Source: Bdellovibrionota bacterium
GTDB taxonomy: Bacteria > Bdellovibrionota_C > UBA2361 > JBGSMV01
Length of the DNA: 34,520 bases
Reading direction: 5' to 3'
NCBI GenBank assembly: GCA_041739995.1
Contig: JBGSMV010000065.1
Span: 1-34,520 of the forward strand
A program made the position numbers and the translations under genes. Below the pieces are notes generated by a model that did no database searches, was not told where the DNA came from, and saw nothing but the letters and a program-made list of their open reading frames with translations. Positions 9,307 through 17,742 of the stretch are shown here, in pieces; position 1 is the stretch's first letter, and the number at the start of each line of letters is the position of its first letter.

Positions 9307-12183
9307 TTAATTCACAAAAACAATATAGCCGCCACCGTTGAGCACACCAGTTGCATTTCCATTGCGAACCGCAATTGCCTTGGTGGCTGCGCTAAGGAGA
9401 CTTGCATCGTCTCCAAGTAACTTGCGCACTACCACGTCACCATGTGCAAATTGCACCAACTGAGCGGCGCTCGCTCCGAAGAATTCCCCCGAAGCGGCAT
9501 TGCCGACTATAAGGAATGCATCACCCACGGGGAGTACCGAATTCACCAGCGAAAACTCTCCCAACGATATGGTCTCCATCGAAGCGGCAACACTTTCCGG
9601 GTTAAATCGCACCAGCTGCACTACCTCAGACAGCTCAGGGGTGGGAAGGCTCGCGCCACCGTTGCGCAGAATTACCGCGACACGATCACCCGCCGCGGCA
9701 ACAGTGCCAAACCGCGTGCTCGCTATCCCAAACGCAGCGAGGTCCACTGAAGAGGTGGCGGCAACGATGTTCGAATACCAGCTTTCATAGCTCTCTGCTC
9801 GTTCGCTGAACACTTCATCAACAAACTGCTGTATCAATGAACGCAGCACGTAGCCAATGGCTGAGTCCAGAGCATTCACGAGCGCATTCTCAACCGTGAC
9901 AAATGCTGCCGTTAGAGCATCAAGTTGCAGAACGGCGGAGGCTGCTTCCGCAGCGACTATCGCGAACCGCCAACGAGAAACACAGTCACTTTGATTTACA
10001 AGTGCAGCAATTCCGATGATGTCTGGGAGCGAAGTGCCTGCTTGCCGAGCGCTGAGGACTTGCCCAAGAGTATTACCCACAAACTCACCAAAGATATTCG
10101 GATCCATCTGGCTCTCTACCAGCGCCTCTAACGCGTCTCCAAGCGCTACTGTCTTCGCTTGCTTGCCGACTACCTGCTCCAATAACTCTGAAGCCGTGCT
10201 ACGCAGAGCAGAGATGAGTAGATTTGCGCCTGCCTTTTCGGCGCGCGCATAGAGCGTTCCTACCGTTGTGTTAGAAAGTTTCAGGTCTGAGAGCGCCAGT
10301 AATAGATCGTCTATGCTAGCTGAATCAAAATCAGCTCCGCGTCCGGCATCCGCTCTTGCATCAAAATAACTCTCTACCGAAACGCTTACGTCGACTCCCT
10401 TAGAAGTCAGCTGCCGTACTACGCCTTGCACAAGTATATCAGCCAACACCGAGCGCAGATCTACTTGAACAGTCACACCCTGGACTGCTTTAGATATCTT
10501 TCCGGTAAATTCTCCGACCCCCGCAAAAGGCCTTACAAAGCTGGAAACAAACTCACCAGAAAGGTCTACATGCAAATCACGAACGCTACGTCGCAACTCT
10601 GCAACGAATCCACTTAAATCTGTATTCCCGAGGTAATACTGCGCAAGTCGAAGCAATTCAAAGAGTGCCAGCTCCGATCGGTCAAGCTGTGGGCCAGAAT
10701 TGATCAGAAGCAACTCAAGCAGATCCTTAGAGTTTCTTGGAATATCAAGACACTGTGGCACGTCAAAGCCAACAAGCGTCAGCAGCCCCGACGCGGGGAA
10801 AAATGTATGATAGATGTCGAGCGCCGCATCAATCGCTGCAGCCACCTGGTTATTGGTAATGAGGTCAATTAATTCTCCGAGGCTCAGCAGTAGCTCAGGA
10901 GGAATATCCACAAGCGGTGCCAACACCCTGCGCACAAGATAGGAAGAGACACCCTGCGCCTCGAGCTCACCGTTCATTATCGAGGTGACCTCGCCCGCGA
11001 GCCTCGTCGGCGTAATATCTTTCAATGCAAAAATGGTCTCGTACCAACGTCCTGCGAGCTTCTTGAGTAATGCACGCGAAGCCTTAGTGCTCACCTTTTG
11101 TGAAATCTGTGACAGCGCAATCTTTCGCAACATCAACTCAAGGCTATCGGTACGTTCTACAGAAAAATCATCAAGCGCACTCCGCAGAGAGGCAGTGCCT
11201 TGGTAGCGCTTCTTTACTGCCGCCTTCAGGGAAAGAGAGTCTTTGGCGCGGACCCCCTTCTTGAGGGCGGCGAGCACAGTCGCTATCTCGCCTTTTACGA
11301 ACTTGCGGTTGGCAATCTTGTTGGAGACTGCTTCGAGTGACATTGAGTAGCTCCCGCGCCGAATCACTTTGCGCAGCTTACTGTCCCAAAACGAGGAGAA
11401 ATGCTCGCTTCGCTTCTGGGTAAACTTTGTAAGATCAAGTTGAGTATTGTCATTTGAAAGCACACCCAGCGCAGGCACTCCAGCGAGCGTTCCTATCGGA
11501 GCGCTCGCAAGGGAGAGAAAGTTGGCGCCAACGTTCTGATTGGCAAGACTCAAGAACGGATTGCCTGGATTCTGCAAATTTATGAGTGCAATTCCGTTAA
11601 GGAGAGCCTCAATCTGAGAGAGAGGCACACTCTGGTTGAGCAGTGCGGTTACCTCTGCGTCACTGAGCCGGCGCCGTTGAGTGCTCGCATAATTGCCACG
11701 AATAGTAATTCGATTTACTCCGTCCTCTCTGTCTTGAGGCGCGAAGCGGACCAACTCTCCCAGGTTTCCCTCCGAGCCGAGCGGATAAATGTTCACACCG
11801 AGTGCTGTCCAAAGTACGAGGTGCCCGTCTACCACTCCCATATCTCGTGGCGCTTTAAGATGTGCTACCGGAATAAAAGCTCCGGCGTCATCATTGCTAT
11901 TACCAAAGTAGGTTGACGCGAGCGCTTCGGGCGCTGAGATATTCGAAAGGTCCCAGGTATCGAGCCAGAAATCTCCGTCTAGGTCGGCCCAAGAGACGTA
12001 CAAATAATTTCGCCATGCAGCAAAGTCGCGAACGGTTCCGAACTCTCCAGTCTGCGGACGCCCATTGCGATAAAGGTCTCCGGAATACGCTAAAGTCGAG
12101 CCACTCTCGGCCTGGGCACTAGTGCTCCCTGCGTGTATGTAAGTGAGCAATCCGATGGTTACTAGAAACTTAAATATCTTCAT
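9307..12183 (-). CDS. Large secreted hypothetical protein (958 aa): beta-rich ends around a long helical middle
   Basis: Preferred start MKIFKFLVTIGLL...SAQA (signal peptide) at 12183 rather than the TTG at 12270. LVIVD-like blades (WDLSNISAP, INLQNPGNP). Ends YIVFVN. Confidence 0.65.
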   Translation of the reverse strand: MKIFKFLVTIGLLTYIHAGSTSAQAESGSTLAYSGDLYRNGRPQTGEFGTVRDFAAWRNYLYVSWADLDGDFWLDTWDLSNISAPEALASTYFGNSNDDAGAFIPVAHLKAPRDMGVVDGHLVLWTALGVNIYPLGSEGNLGELVRFAPQDREDGVNRITIRGNYASTQRRRLSDAEVTALLNQSVPLSQIEALLNGIALINLQNPGNPFLSLANQNVGANFLSLASAPIGTLAGVPALGVLSNDNTQLDLTKFTQKRSEHFSSFWDSKLRKVIRRGSYSMSLEAVSNKIANRKFVKGEIATVLAALKKGVRAKDSLSLKAAVKKRYQGTASLRSALDDFSVERTDSLELMLRKIALSQISQKVSTKASRALLKKLAGRWYETIFALKDITPTRLAGEVTSIMNGELEAQGVSSYLVRRVLAPLVDIPPELLLSLGELIDLITNNQVAAAIDAALDIYHTFFPASGLLTLVGFDVPQCLDIPRNSKDLLELLLINSGPQLDRSELALFELLRLAQYYLGNTDLSGFVAELRRSVRDLHVDLSGEFVSSFVRPFAGVGEFTGKISKAVQGVTVQVDLRSVLADILVQGVVRQLTSKGVDVSVSVESYFDARADAGRGADFDSASIDDLLLALSDLKLSNTTVGTLYARAEKAGANLLISALRSTASELLEQVVGKQAKTVALGDALEALVESQMDPNIFGEFVGNTLGQVLSARQAGTSLPDIIGIAALVNQSDCVSRWRFAIVAAEAASAVLQLDALTAAFVTVENALVNALDSAIGYVLRSLIQQFVDEVFSERAESYESWYSNIVAATSSVDLAAFGIASTRFGTVAAAGDRVAVILRNGGASLPTPELSEVVQLVRFNPESVAASMETISLGEFSLVNSVLPVGDAFLIVGNAASGEFFGASAAQLVQFAHGDVVVRKLLGDDASLLSAATKAIAVRNGNATGVLNGGGYIVFVN

Positions 12184-12420
12184 GTGTTGGATTCCCAATA
12201 CGATTCGTTCCTGTCCCCGTATGGAACGGCAAGAGCGGACGAATAATATGTGCGAAAGCGCACACCCCAAACGACGCCCTACTGGGCTACGCGCTACGCC
12301 GCGGCGCCAGCCAGGTCAATGCCCGGCCCGCCCAATATGTCGGCTAAGTCGCTAAGAATCTTAAGGATTGGGGTTCTACCCTCGGGAACTCTAGGCTCAA
12401 TGCGTTGAATATATTAGCCA

Positions 12421-13098
12421 TCAGTCAAGGACGGTCCCTATCAGTCGGACTTGCTCGCCTTCGATAACGATAATTTCATCCGCCTCGAGCTTCGCCAGAG
12501 CGCGCGTAACCATCTCGCGGGAGGTTCCTACCATCGCCGCTAAGTCCTTGTGGGTGGGGCGAGGTGAGACGACCTTTGCTTCAGTATTCTTATCCTGGCC
12601 AGCGAGTCCGCGCAGAGCCCGAAACACTCGCGAGTAAACATCGAGGAGCGCAAGGTCAGAAATCTTTGTCGAAGCCGCGGCGACGCGCCGCGCCAGGTCA
12701 ACCAATAACGCTCTCGCAAACGCCTTGGCTGAATCGAGCAGCGCTTCAAAGTCCTGTGCGGCGAGCACCAAAACCATGCAGTCCTCTACCGCCACCACAT
12801 CTGCGCTACGACTTGCATTTGTAAGCAGCGCGATTTCACCGATAAAACTTCCCTCGCCAAGCCGAGAAATGATGACCTCTTTCCCCTCTCCACTTGAGCG
12901 CTTTACGTCGACCGAGCCGTCGGCAATGAAAAGAATCTCTCGCCCAGTTTGATCGGAAGTAATGATAGATTCTCCGCGATTATATTCCTTAAGCACCAGT
13001 AATTCCAAAAGCTGTTCACGCTCTGCTTCACTAAGACTTTCAAGCAGCGGGATCTTGGAGATAGCGAGACGCTTTAGTTTTGGTCTATTGAGCTCCAT
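12421..13098 (-). CDS. crp: Crp/Fnr-family transcriptional regulator (cNMP-binding domain + HTH)
   Basis: Phosphate-binding cassette FIGEIALL...RSADV and HTH THKDLAAMVGTSREMVTRAL. GGAGA RBS. No Fnr Cys cluster. Confidence 0.85.
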   Translation of the reverse strand: MELNRPKLKRLAISKIPLLESLSEAEREQLLELLVLKEYNRGESIITSDQTGREILFIADGSVDVKRSSGEGKEVIISRLGEGSFIGEIALLTNASRSADVVAVEDCMVLVLAAQDFEALLDSAKAFARALLVDLARRVAAASTKISDLALLDVYSRVFRALRGLAGQDKNTEAKVVSPRPTHKDLAAMVGTSREMVTRALAKLEADEIIVIEGEQVRLIGTVLD

Positions 13099-13110
13099 GA
13101 TTTCTCCAAA

Positions 13111-14238
13111 TTAGCTTAGCGCAACTCGCAATGCCGCTCTTGCGGCCCGCATGGCCTCAATTCCTACCAACCGAAACGTCGTATATTTAGTGCTCATGAC
13201 TTGCACGAGACCATTTGATTCGTTGATCTGATGTCGCCCATACAATACCGGGCCATGATCTCCAACTCGCTTCATCGGTAACGCCCCACGATCAACGCTA
13301 CACACTCGCTCTCGCACGAGATTATTATTGCAAAATGCCAGCCGAAGTTCCGCAAGAAAACAATCTTCCTCCGTCTTATCGCTGAGCGTCTGTGACTTCG
13401 GATAGTACCAGGTCCCAATCGCCATATGCTTGCCACGCGGCACTGCAAAAAATAAACGGCCTGATGGTGAACGACGACCAATCGCCACAGTGGCATCAAT
13501 CTGAAAATCAAACTCAAGGTTGATGGCAACACACGCTAATTTGCTGTCCATATCGAGTGCGCCGCCTGCCGGGTCTGATATTTGCAAGACCTCTCGCCTA
13601 CTCACTCCACACGCATCCACCACCACTTGAGAATCTAGTGCACCAGCAGGAAAATTTACTTGCCAGTGACCATTGATTCGCGAGAGACCATGAACAGCAG
13701 TATCCTCCCGCAACTCGCCGCCGGCTTCGACGATCTTCTCAGACAGAAATCGAACAAAGCCCGCAGGGTCCTCAAGAATGGCGTCTTGCCAATAAAGCGC
13801 ACCATGCGGAACTTGTCCCACCAAAGCTGGGCAACGCTGCTCAGATTCTTTGCGCGAAAGCACTCGTGGAGAATCCAACGGACTGCCGAGCGCTTTTAAA
13901 ATCGTTCCGTACAGTGCAGCAGCCGCGCGTATGGGAACTGCCGATCCCAATCCCGATTTTGTGAGAGGAGCGAGACAAGGGAGAGGCTTAATGAACTGGG
14001 GGGTTTCCTTGAGCCAGTACCTCTGCTCACGCGCTGACTCAATCACTCTTTTGACATTAAAATGTTGAAGATAGCGAAAACCACCGTGAATGATGCGAAG
14101 GCTGTTGGCGGAGGTTCCCGCTCCGATCTTCTCTCTTTCACACAACACAGTATGAAAGCCCCAGCGTGTCGCTTCAAGCGCTACGCCTAGCCCCGTAATC
14201 CCACCGCCAATAATAGTAACATCTACCCCAGGTCCCAC
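13111..14238 (-). CDS. FAD-dependent oxidoreductase, glycerol-3-phosphate dehydrogenase (GlpD/DAO)-like, short form
   Basis: IIGGGITG Rossmann motif, GTSANSLRIIHGGFRYL and KYTTFR. At 375 aa it lacks the GlpD C-terminal cap. Confidence 0.78.
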   Translation of the reverse strand: MGPGVDVTIIGGGITGLGVALEATRWGFHTVLCEREKIGAGTSANSLRIIHGGFRYLQHFNVKRVIESAREQRYWLKETPQFIKPLPCLAPLTKSGLGSAVPIRAAAALYGTILKALGSPLDSPRVLSRKESEQRCPALVGQVPHGALYWQDAILEDPAGFVRFLSEKIVEAGGELREDTAVHGLSRINGHWQVNFPAGALDSQVVVDACGVSRREVLQISDPAGGALDMDSKLACVAINLEFDFQIDATVAIGRRSPSGRLFFAVPRGKHMAIGTWYYPKSQTLSDKTEEDCFLAELRLAFCNNNLVRERVCSVDRGALPMKRVGDHGPVLYGRHQINESNGLVQVMSTKYTTFRLVGIEAMRAARAALRVALS

Positions 14239-14266
14239 AGCTGTCCTCTATCTCTGGGGGAGCCCT

Positions 14267-14290
14267 TTGTCGAGGGCATTGTCGAGGGCA
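14267..14290. repeat. 12-bp perfect tandem duplication TTGTCGAGGGCA x2
   Basis: Copies at 14267-14278 and 14279-14290. Overlaps a short GCCCT/AGGGC inverted repeat. Confidence 0.8.
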
Positions 14291-14385
14291 TCAACTTTAG
14301 AAGAAGGCGGGCCCCTGCCTCTGGACACAGTTAGGGCGACCATAGCAACACGTCCGCCGCAGATTTAGAGAACACTGAACTAAAA

Positions 14386-15060
14386 TCAGCCCTCCACCGG
14401 GCAACAGGTGACTCTAACCGTCAGAGTCCTCGGGTTGGCTGAGATCGACGAAGTCGATACCGCCAGACCCTTCGGATAAGCCTTTCCCGTCGGTAGCAAC
14501 TCAAGTACTTGCGTCTGACCCGTAAATAATCCGGGCTCCGTATCAGTAAATCCACCTCCAAGCGAGAACTCTCCGGCTAGGCAGACTGACTGCGCGCTTA
14601 GCGCGCCAGTTCCCTGAACCGGCGTACCCACGCGTTCAAGACAAGACGCCACGTCTACTCTACCGGGAAGTCCCTCTATCCCGTCTGATCCTCTGGGACC
14701 GATCGGTCCCTGTGCGCCTTGAGGTCCAGCGGCTCCGGGAGGCCCTTGAAGGCCTTGATCCCCTTTAAGGGCTCCAAGATCAGTCTCCCCTGTAGCGGTT
14801 ACTCCGCTCACACTAAACAGTTGATACTTTCGACTTGGGCAGCGCAGCGTCCCGTCCTGAGTACGCCTTGGGGTTACAAGAAACGGAAGATTTCTCTCCA
14901 CCGCAGCGCTATCGATGCGTCGCAGCGAGCAAACTGCGCCATCCACTCCACGAACGGCCGATTGAGCCTGCGCTGCGTTCGAGCACAGCAGTGCGCCGAA
15001 CACCGCAATAACTGTGGTGGCGACTCCATGCCCTAAAATTTGATGAGATTTCCGAAACAT
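14386..15060 (-). CDS. Secreted collagen-like protein
   Basis: Signal peptide ending AQA. About 12 Gly-X-Y triplets (GDQGLQGPPGAAGPQGAQGPIGPRGSDGIEGLPG, about 14656-14763). Cys-containing flanking domains. GAGG RBS. Confidence 0.8.
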   Translation of the reverse strand: MFRKSHQILGHGVATTVIAVFGALLCSNAAQAQSAVRGVDGAVCSLRRIDSAAVERNLPFLVTPRRTQDGTLRCPSRKYQLFSVSGVTATGETDLGALKGDQGLQGPPGAAGPQGAQGPIGPRGSDGIEGLPGRVDVASCLERVGTPVQGTGALSAQSVCLAGEFSLGGGFTDTEPGLFTGQTQVLELLPTGKAYPKGLAVSTSSISANPRTLTVRVTCCPVEG

Positions 15061-15223
15061 TTCTTCCTCGCTGTATGCTCTCTATTGTCGGGAAAGATAG
15101 CGAGGCTGCTCCGATCGTGAAACAGTATTTCTCGTTTGCATTCTACCGCCGGTAGAGCTGCATACCTGGCGAACCGTCGCGCGGTACTAACCCTCGCACG
15201 GAACCACCCCTACCTCGGCGCCC

Positions 15224-15266
15224 CCTCTCTTAAAGGAACCTCTCTTAAAGGAACCTGCTACCTTTT
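15224..15266. repeat. 15-bp tandem (CCTCTCTTAAAGGAA x2) running into palindromic element AAAGGAACCTGCTACCTTTT
   Basis: Copies at 15224-15238 and 15239-15253. AAAGG/CCTTT inverted arms within 15247-15266. The reverse complement resembles the elements at 34286 and 34357. Confidence 0.7.
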
Positions 15267-15444
15267 GGCGCAAGTGGGGGGCTCCGCCATAGTAATTTCA
15301 AGGTGTTACATCTATAAAAACCTCGCCAAGTATCGAATAGTCTAAATTTAGACGAAATTCGGTCCATTGGACGACTGAGCTTGGACCACCGTTATGCCAT
15401 GAACGGTCTAGCCACCATCATGCCAGCGATGTTCAAATGCACTC

Positions 15445-15855
15445 ATGCATCCCAACCGACAGAGCAAAGTTCTCTCCTCCCTTGGCCACGCTTCAACTCT
15501 CCTCTCCGCCTTAATTTTTGCTGCACTAGCAGCGCCACTGCCAGCCTTGGCTGGAAAGCCAGAAGTTGTCTCCGCAATTTCAAGATGCACCCCGGAAAAA
15601 ATCTGCGCTTTCGATGTTGCCGTTCGCCACTCAGATGAAGGCTGGGAGCACTATGCGAACAAATGGGAAATACGATCTCCCACTGGCGAAGTTCTTGGCA
15701 CACGCATTCTGCACCACCCTCATGTTGATGAGCAGCCGTTCACTCGCTCACTATCAGACGTAAAGATTCCTGAAGGATTAAAGACCGTGCATATTTTTGT
15801 CTTCGATTCGGTACATGGCGAAGCTGAACAGGCCTTTGTCCTGGTGCTCGACTAG
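15445..15855 (+). CDS. Conserved-type secreted His-rich small protein (putative metal binding)
   Basis: Signal peptide ending PALA. Motifs RHSDEGWEHYANKWE, LGTRILHHPHVDEQPFTRS and DSVHG. Confidence 0.75.
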   Translation: MHPNRQSKVLSSLGHASTLLSALIFAALAAPLPALAGKPEVVSAISRCTPEKICAFDVAVRHSDEGWEHYANKWEIRSPTGEVLGTRILHHPHVDEQPFTRSLSDVKIPEGLKTVHIFVFDSVHGEAEQAFVLVLD

Positions 15856-16069
15856 CCTCGAAATCTTATCTCAAAGCACCTACGAGATTTCACTAAGTAC
15901 GGTTCGCGACGGCGGCCCTCCCCTGCATCCCGGTCCATCGGCAGTTGTCCTCAATCCCTATTCCAGAAGCCGATGAAACTACCTCGGTTAAGACCACTCG
16001 CCAAAGTGCCGAGACACTCTTTGTCCATTTCGAGGCTCTAGTTAAGCAATTCATGCACTTAAGATGTGT

Positions 16070-16096
16070 GAACTTTTTTAACTATTGAGTGTCTAA
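16070..16096 (+). promoter_or_regulatory. Putative autoregulatory sigmaE-type promoter of the ECF operon
   Basis: GAACTT (16070-16075), N16, TCTAA (16092-16096). Matches the RpoE/AlgU consensus and lies about 45 bp upstream of the sigma ATG. Confidence 0.7.
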
Positions 16097-16141
16097 CCCT
16101 TAGGGTGGCAGCGCCTCTCTTCGGTTGTAGGTAGGTTTTTA

Positions 16142-16747
16142 ATGCGGAAGCTTGATGCAACAGAGCACTACACGAGCGGTGCCTCCACGCCCGATTGCGT
16201 AGACGAGTTTGCGCTCATCAAGCACATTTGCGCCGGAGAGCATGACTGCTTTCGATATTTCGTTGATCGCTACAAGGGACCCGTGTACCGCATGGCACTT
16301 CGACGCTTAGGCGACAAATCAGAAAGCGAGGACTTGGCACAAGAAGTCTTCCTGAAGGCGTTCCGCGCCCTTCCCTCATTTCGCTTTGAAGCCACATTCT
16401 TCACCTGGATTGTTCGAATCGCTCTCAACCAGATTCATACTCGTCAAACCTCGAAAAGTCGCGAACTGTTGGGCTTGGAAGCAGCTCAAAACGCTACTGA
16501 CTCAATGCGCGCACACTCTTCCACTGGCTGCCCACATACCTCTCACGTCCAGACAGAAACTTTAGATCGCTATCGCAATGCTATAGAGGCGCTGGATCGT
16601 CTCTATGCAGAACCTCTGATACTCATCGCATTCGAGGGACGAAGCTATGAACAAGTCGCCGCATGCTTAGAGATTCCGATTGGCACCGTTCGCTCCCGCA
16701 TAAGTAAAGCCAGGCGATTGTTGAAGGAGGCGTTGGTCGACACATGA
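16142..16747 (+). CDS. ECF sigma-70 factor (RpoE/SigW-like)
   Basis: Region 2 SEDLAQEVFLKAFRALPSFR.EATFFTWIVRIALN. Region 4 EGRSYEQVAACLEIPIGTVRSRISKARRLL. Confidence 0.92.
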   Translation: MRKLDATEHYTSGASTPDCVDEFALIKHICAGEHDCFRYFVDRYKGPVYRMALRRLGDKSESEDLAQEVFLKAFRALPSFRFEATFFTWIVRIALNQIHTRQTSKSRELLGLEAAQNATDSMRAHSSTGCPHTSHVQTETLDRYRNAIEALDRLYAEPLILIAFEGRSYEQVAACLEIPIGTVRSRISKARRLLKEALVDT

Positions 16748-17652
16748 TTACACGAGAAGCAGCGCTCGACGCACTGATGGAAGGAACGCTTGGAAATGCC
16801 GAAGCAGACTTTTTGCAGACAGAGCTGTCGCGCGATCCAAGTTTTGTAAGGGAATATGAAGCCGCGCTCAAGGTCTGCGGCTCTGAAGCTACTCTAAAGG
16901 ACGAGCGTTCTGTGCCGTCAAGCGATTTTACTAATCGTATAATGTGCGCCGTTAACGAATCAGGGATAGTACTCGCTCCCCAATCACAGCCGTTCAAAGA
17001 GTGGATAGAATCTTGGCTCGACTGCCTAAGCGCTGGTGTCGGACTCAGAGCTGTTCAATCAGCGGTTGCCGCCTCAATTCTCTTAGCGACTAGTTCGGTT
17101 TCATTTTGGGCTGGGACACGGCACTCACCGCTAGTACTTCAGCTTCCAGTCACAGAAGTTTTTATCCCCCGCGAGGATATTCACCCCGGAACTACACTCA
17201 CCGCAGGACTTTTTGAAAAACGACTCGCACCAGTGGCAGCTATTCCACAACAAGCAGTTCGCAACATTGACGAACTCACCGGTCAAGTCGCCGCTCATCT
17301 CATCGTGTCCGGATACGCGCTTGACCGTCACTACATGAAGTCAGATCCAAACTCTCTTCCTCCAGGCTATCGATTTGTCGGCATTCCTTTAGACGAAGCT
17401 GGCGCTGGCCTACAACCACTTCGCCCCGGCGACGATATTCAGCTGGTCGCTGCGCTAAAGAATGCAGGAGGGGATCTCTTTGCCGCAAAGCTTACTCACC
17501 GTGCACGAATAGCGCGCCTTGATGTCGAAGGCGACTCAGGCCGAGTCATCGCCTATGTAATCGTCCCTACCGCTGATGCCGCCCGCATTGACCTGGCGAA
17601 GAGAGAGGGTGACGTACTGATCATGAGCAATTCCAACAACTTCCCCACGTGA
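16744..17652 (+). CDS. Putative anti-sigma factor fused to SAF/RcpC (CpaB-like) domain
   Basis: ATGA overlap with the sigma gene. Anti-sigma-like N-terminus (LDALMEGTL...PSSDFTNRIM) and one TM helix (AVAASILLATSSVSFWAG). SAF motif V.IPREDI.PGT.L and RcpC motif LPPGYR.VGI.......LRPGD.I.LV. Confidence 0.72.
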   Translation: MITREAALDALMEGTLGNAEADFLQTELSRDPSFVREYEAALKVCGSEATLKDERSVPSSDFTNRIMCAVNESGIVLAPQSQPFKEWIESWLDCLSAGVGLRAVQSAVAASILLATSSVSFWAGTRHSPLVLQLPVTEVFIPREDIHPGTTLTAGLFEKRLAPVAAIPQQAVRNIDELTGQVAAHLIVSGYALDRHYMKSDPNSLPPGYRFVGIPLDEAGAGLQPLRPGDDIQLVAALKNAGGDLFAAKLTHRARIARLDVEGDSGRVIAYVIVPTADAARIDLAKREGDVLIMSNSNNFPT

Positions 17653-17677
17653 ACTTTTTTCTCCGCGTAGAGTCAAA
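17651..17677 (+). promoter_or_regulatory. Putative sigmaE-type promoter upstream of cpaB
   Basis: GAACTT (17651-17656), N16, TCAAA (17673-17677). Shares GTGAACTTTTTT with the 16070 site. Confidence 0.68.
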
Positions 17678-17742
17678 CTCACTATGCTGGCGCCGCTACC
17701 CTTTAGCATTGCTAGTGTGGTTTCTTTGATCAGGAGGTTGAT

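Noticed and set aside
12184..12270. Upstream TTG extension of the 987-aa ORF
   Set aside because: A typical signal peptide starts at the ATG at 12183.
14386..15060. Prophage tail fibre interpretation of the collagen ORF
   Set aside because: It has a Sec signal peptide and no phage genes are nearby.
15136..15345. 69-aa ORF containing SLKGT x2
   Set aside because: It merely translates the intergenic 15-bp repeat and has a TTG start with no RBS.
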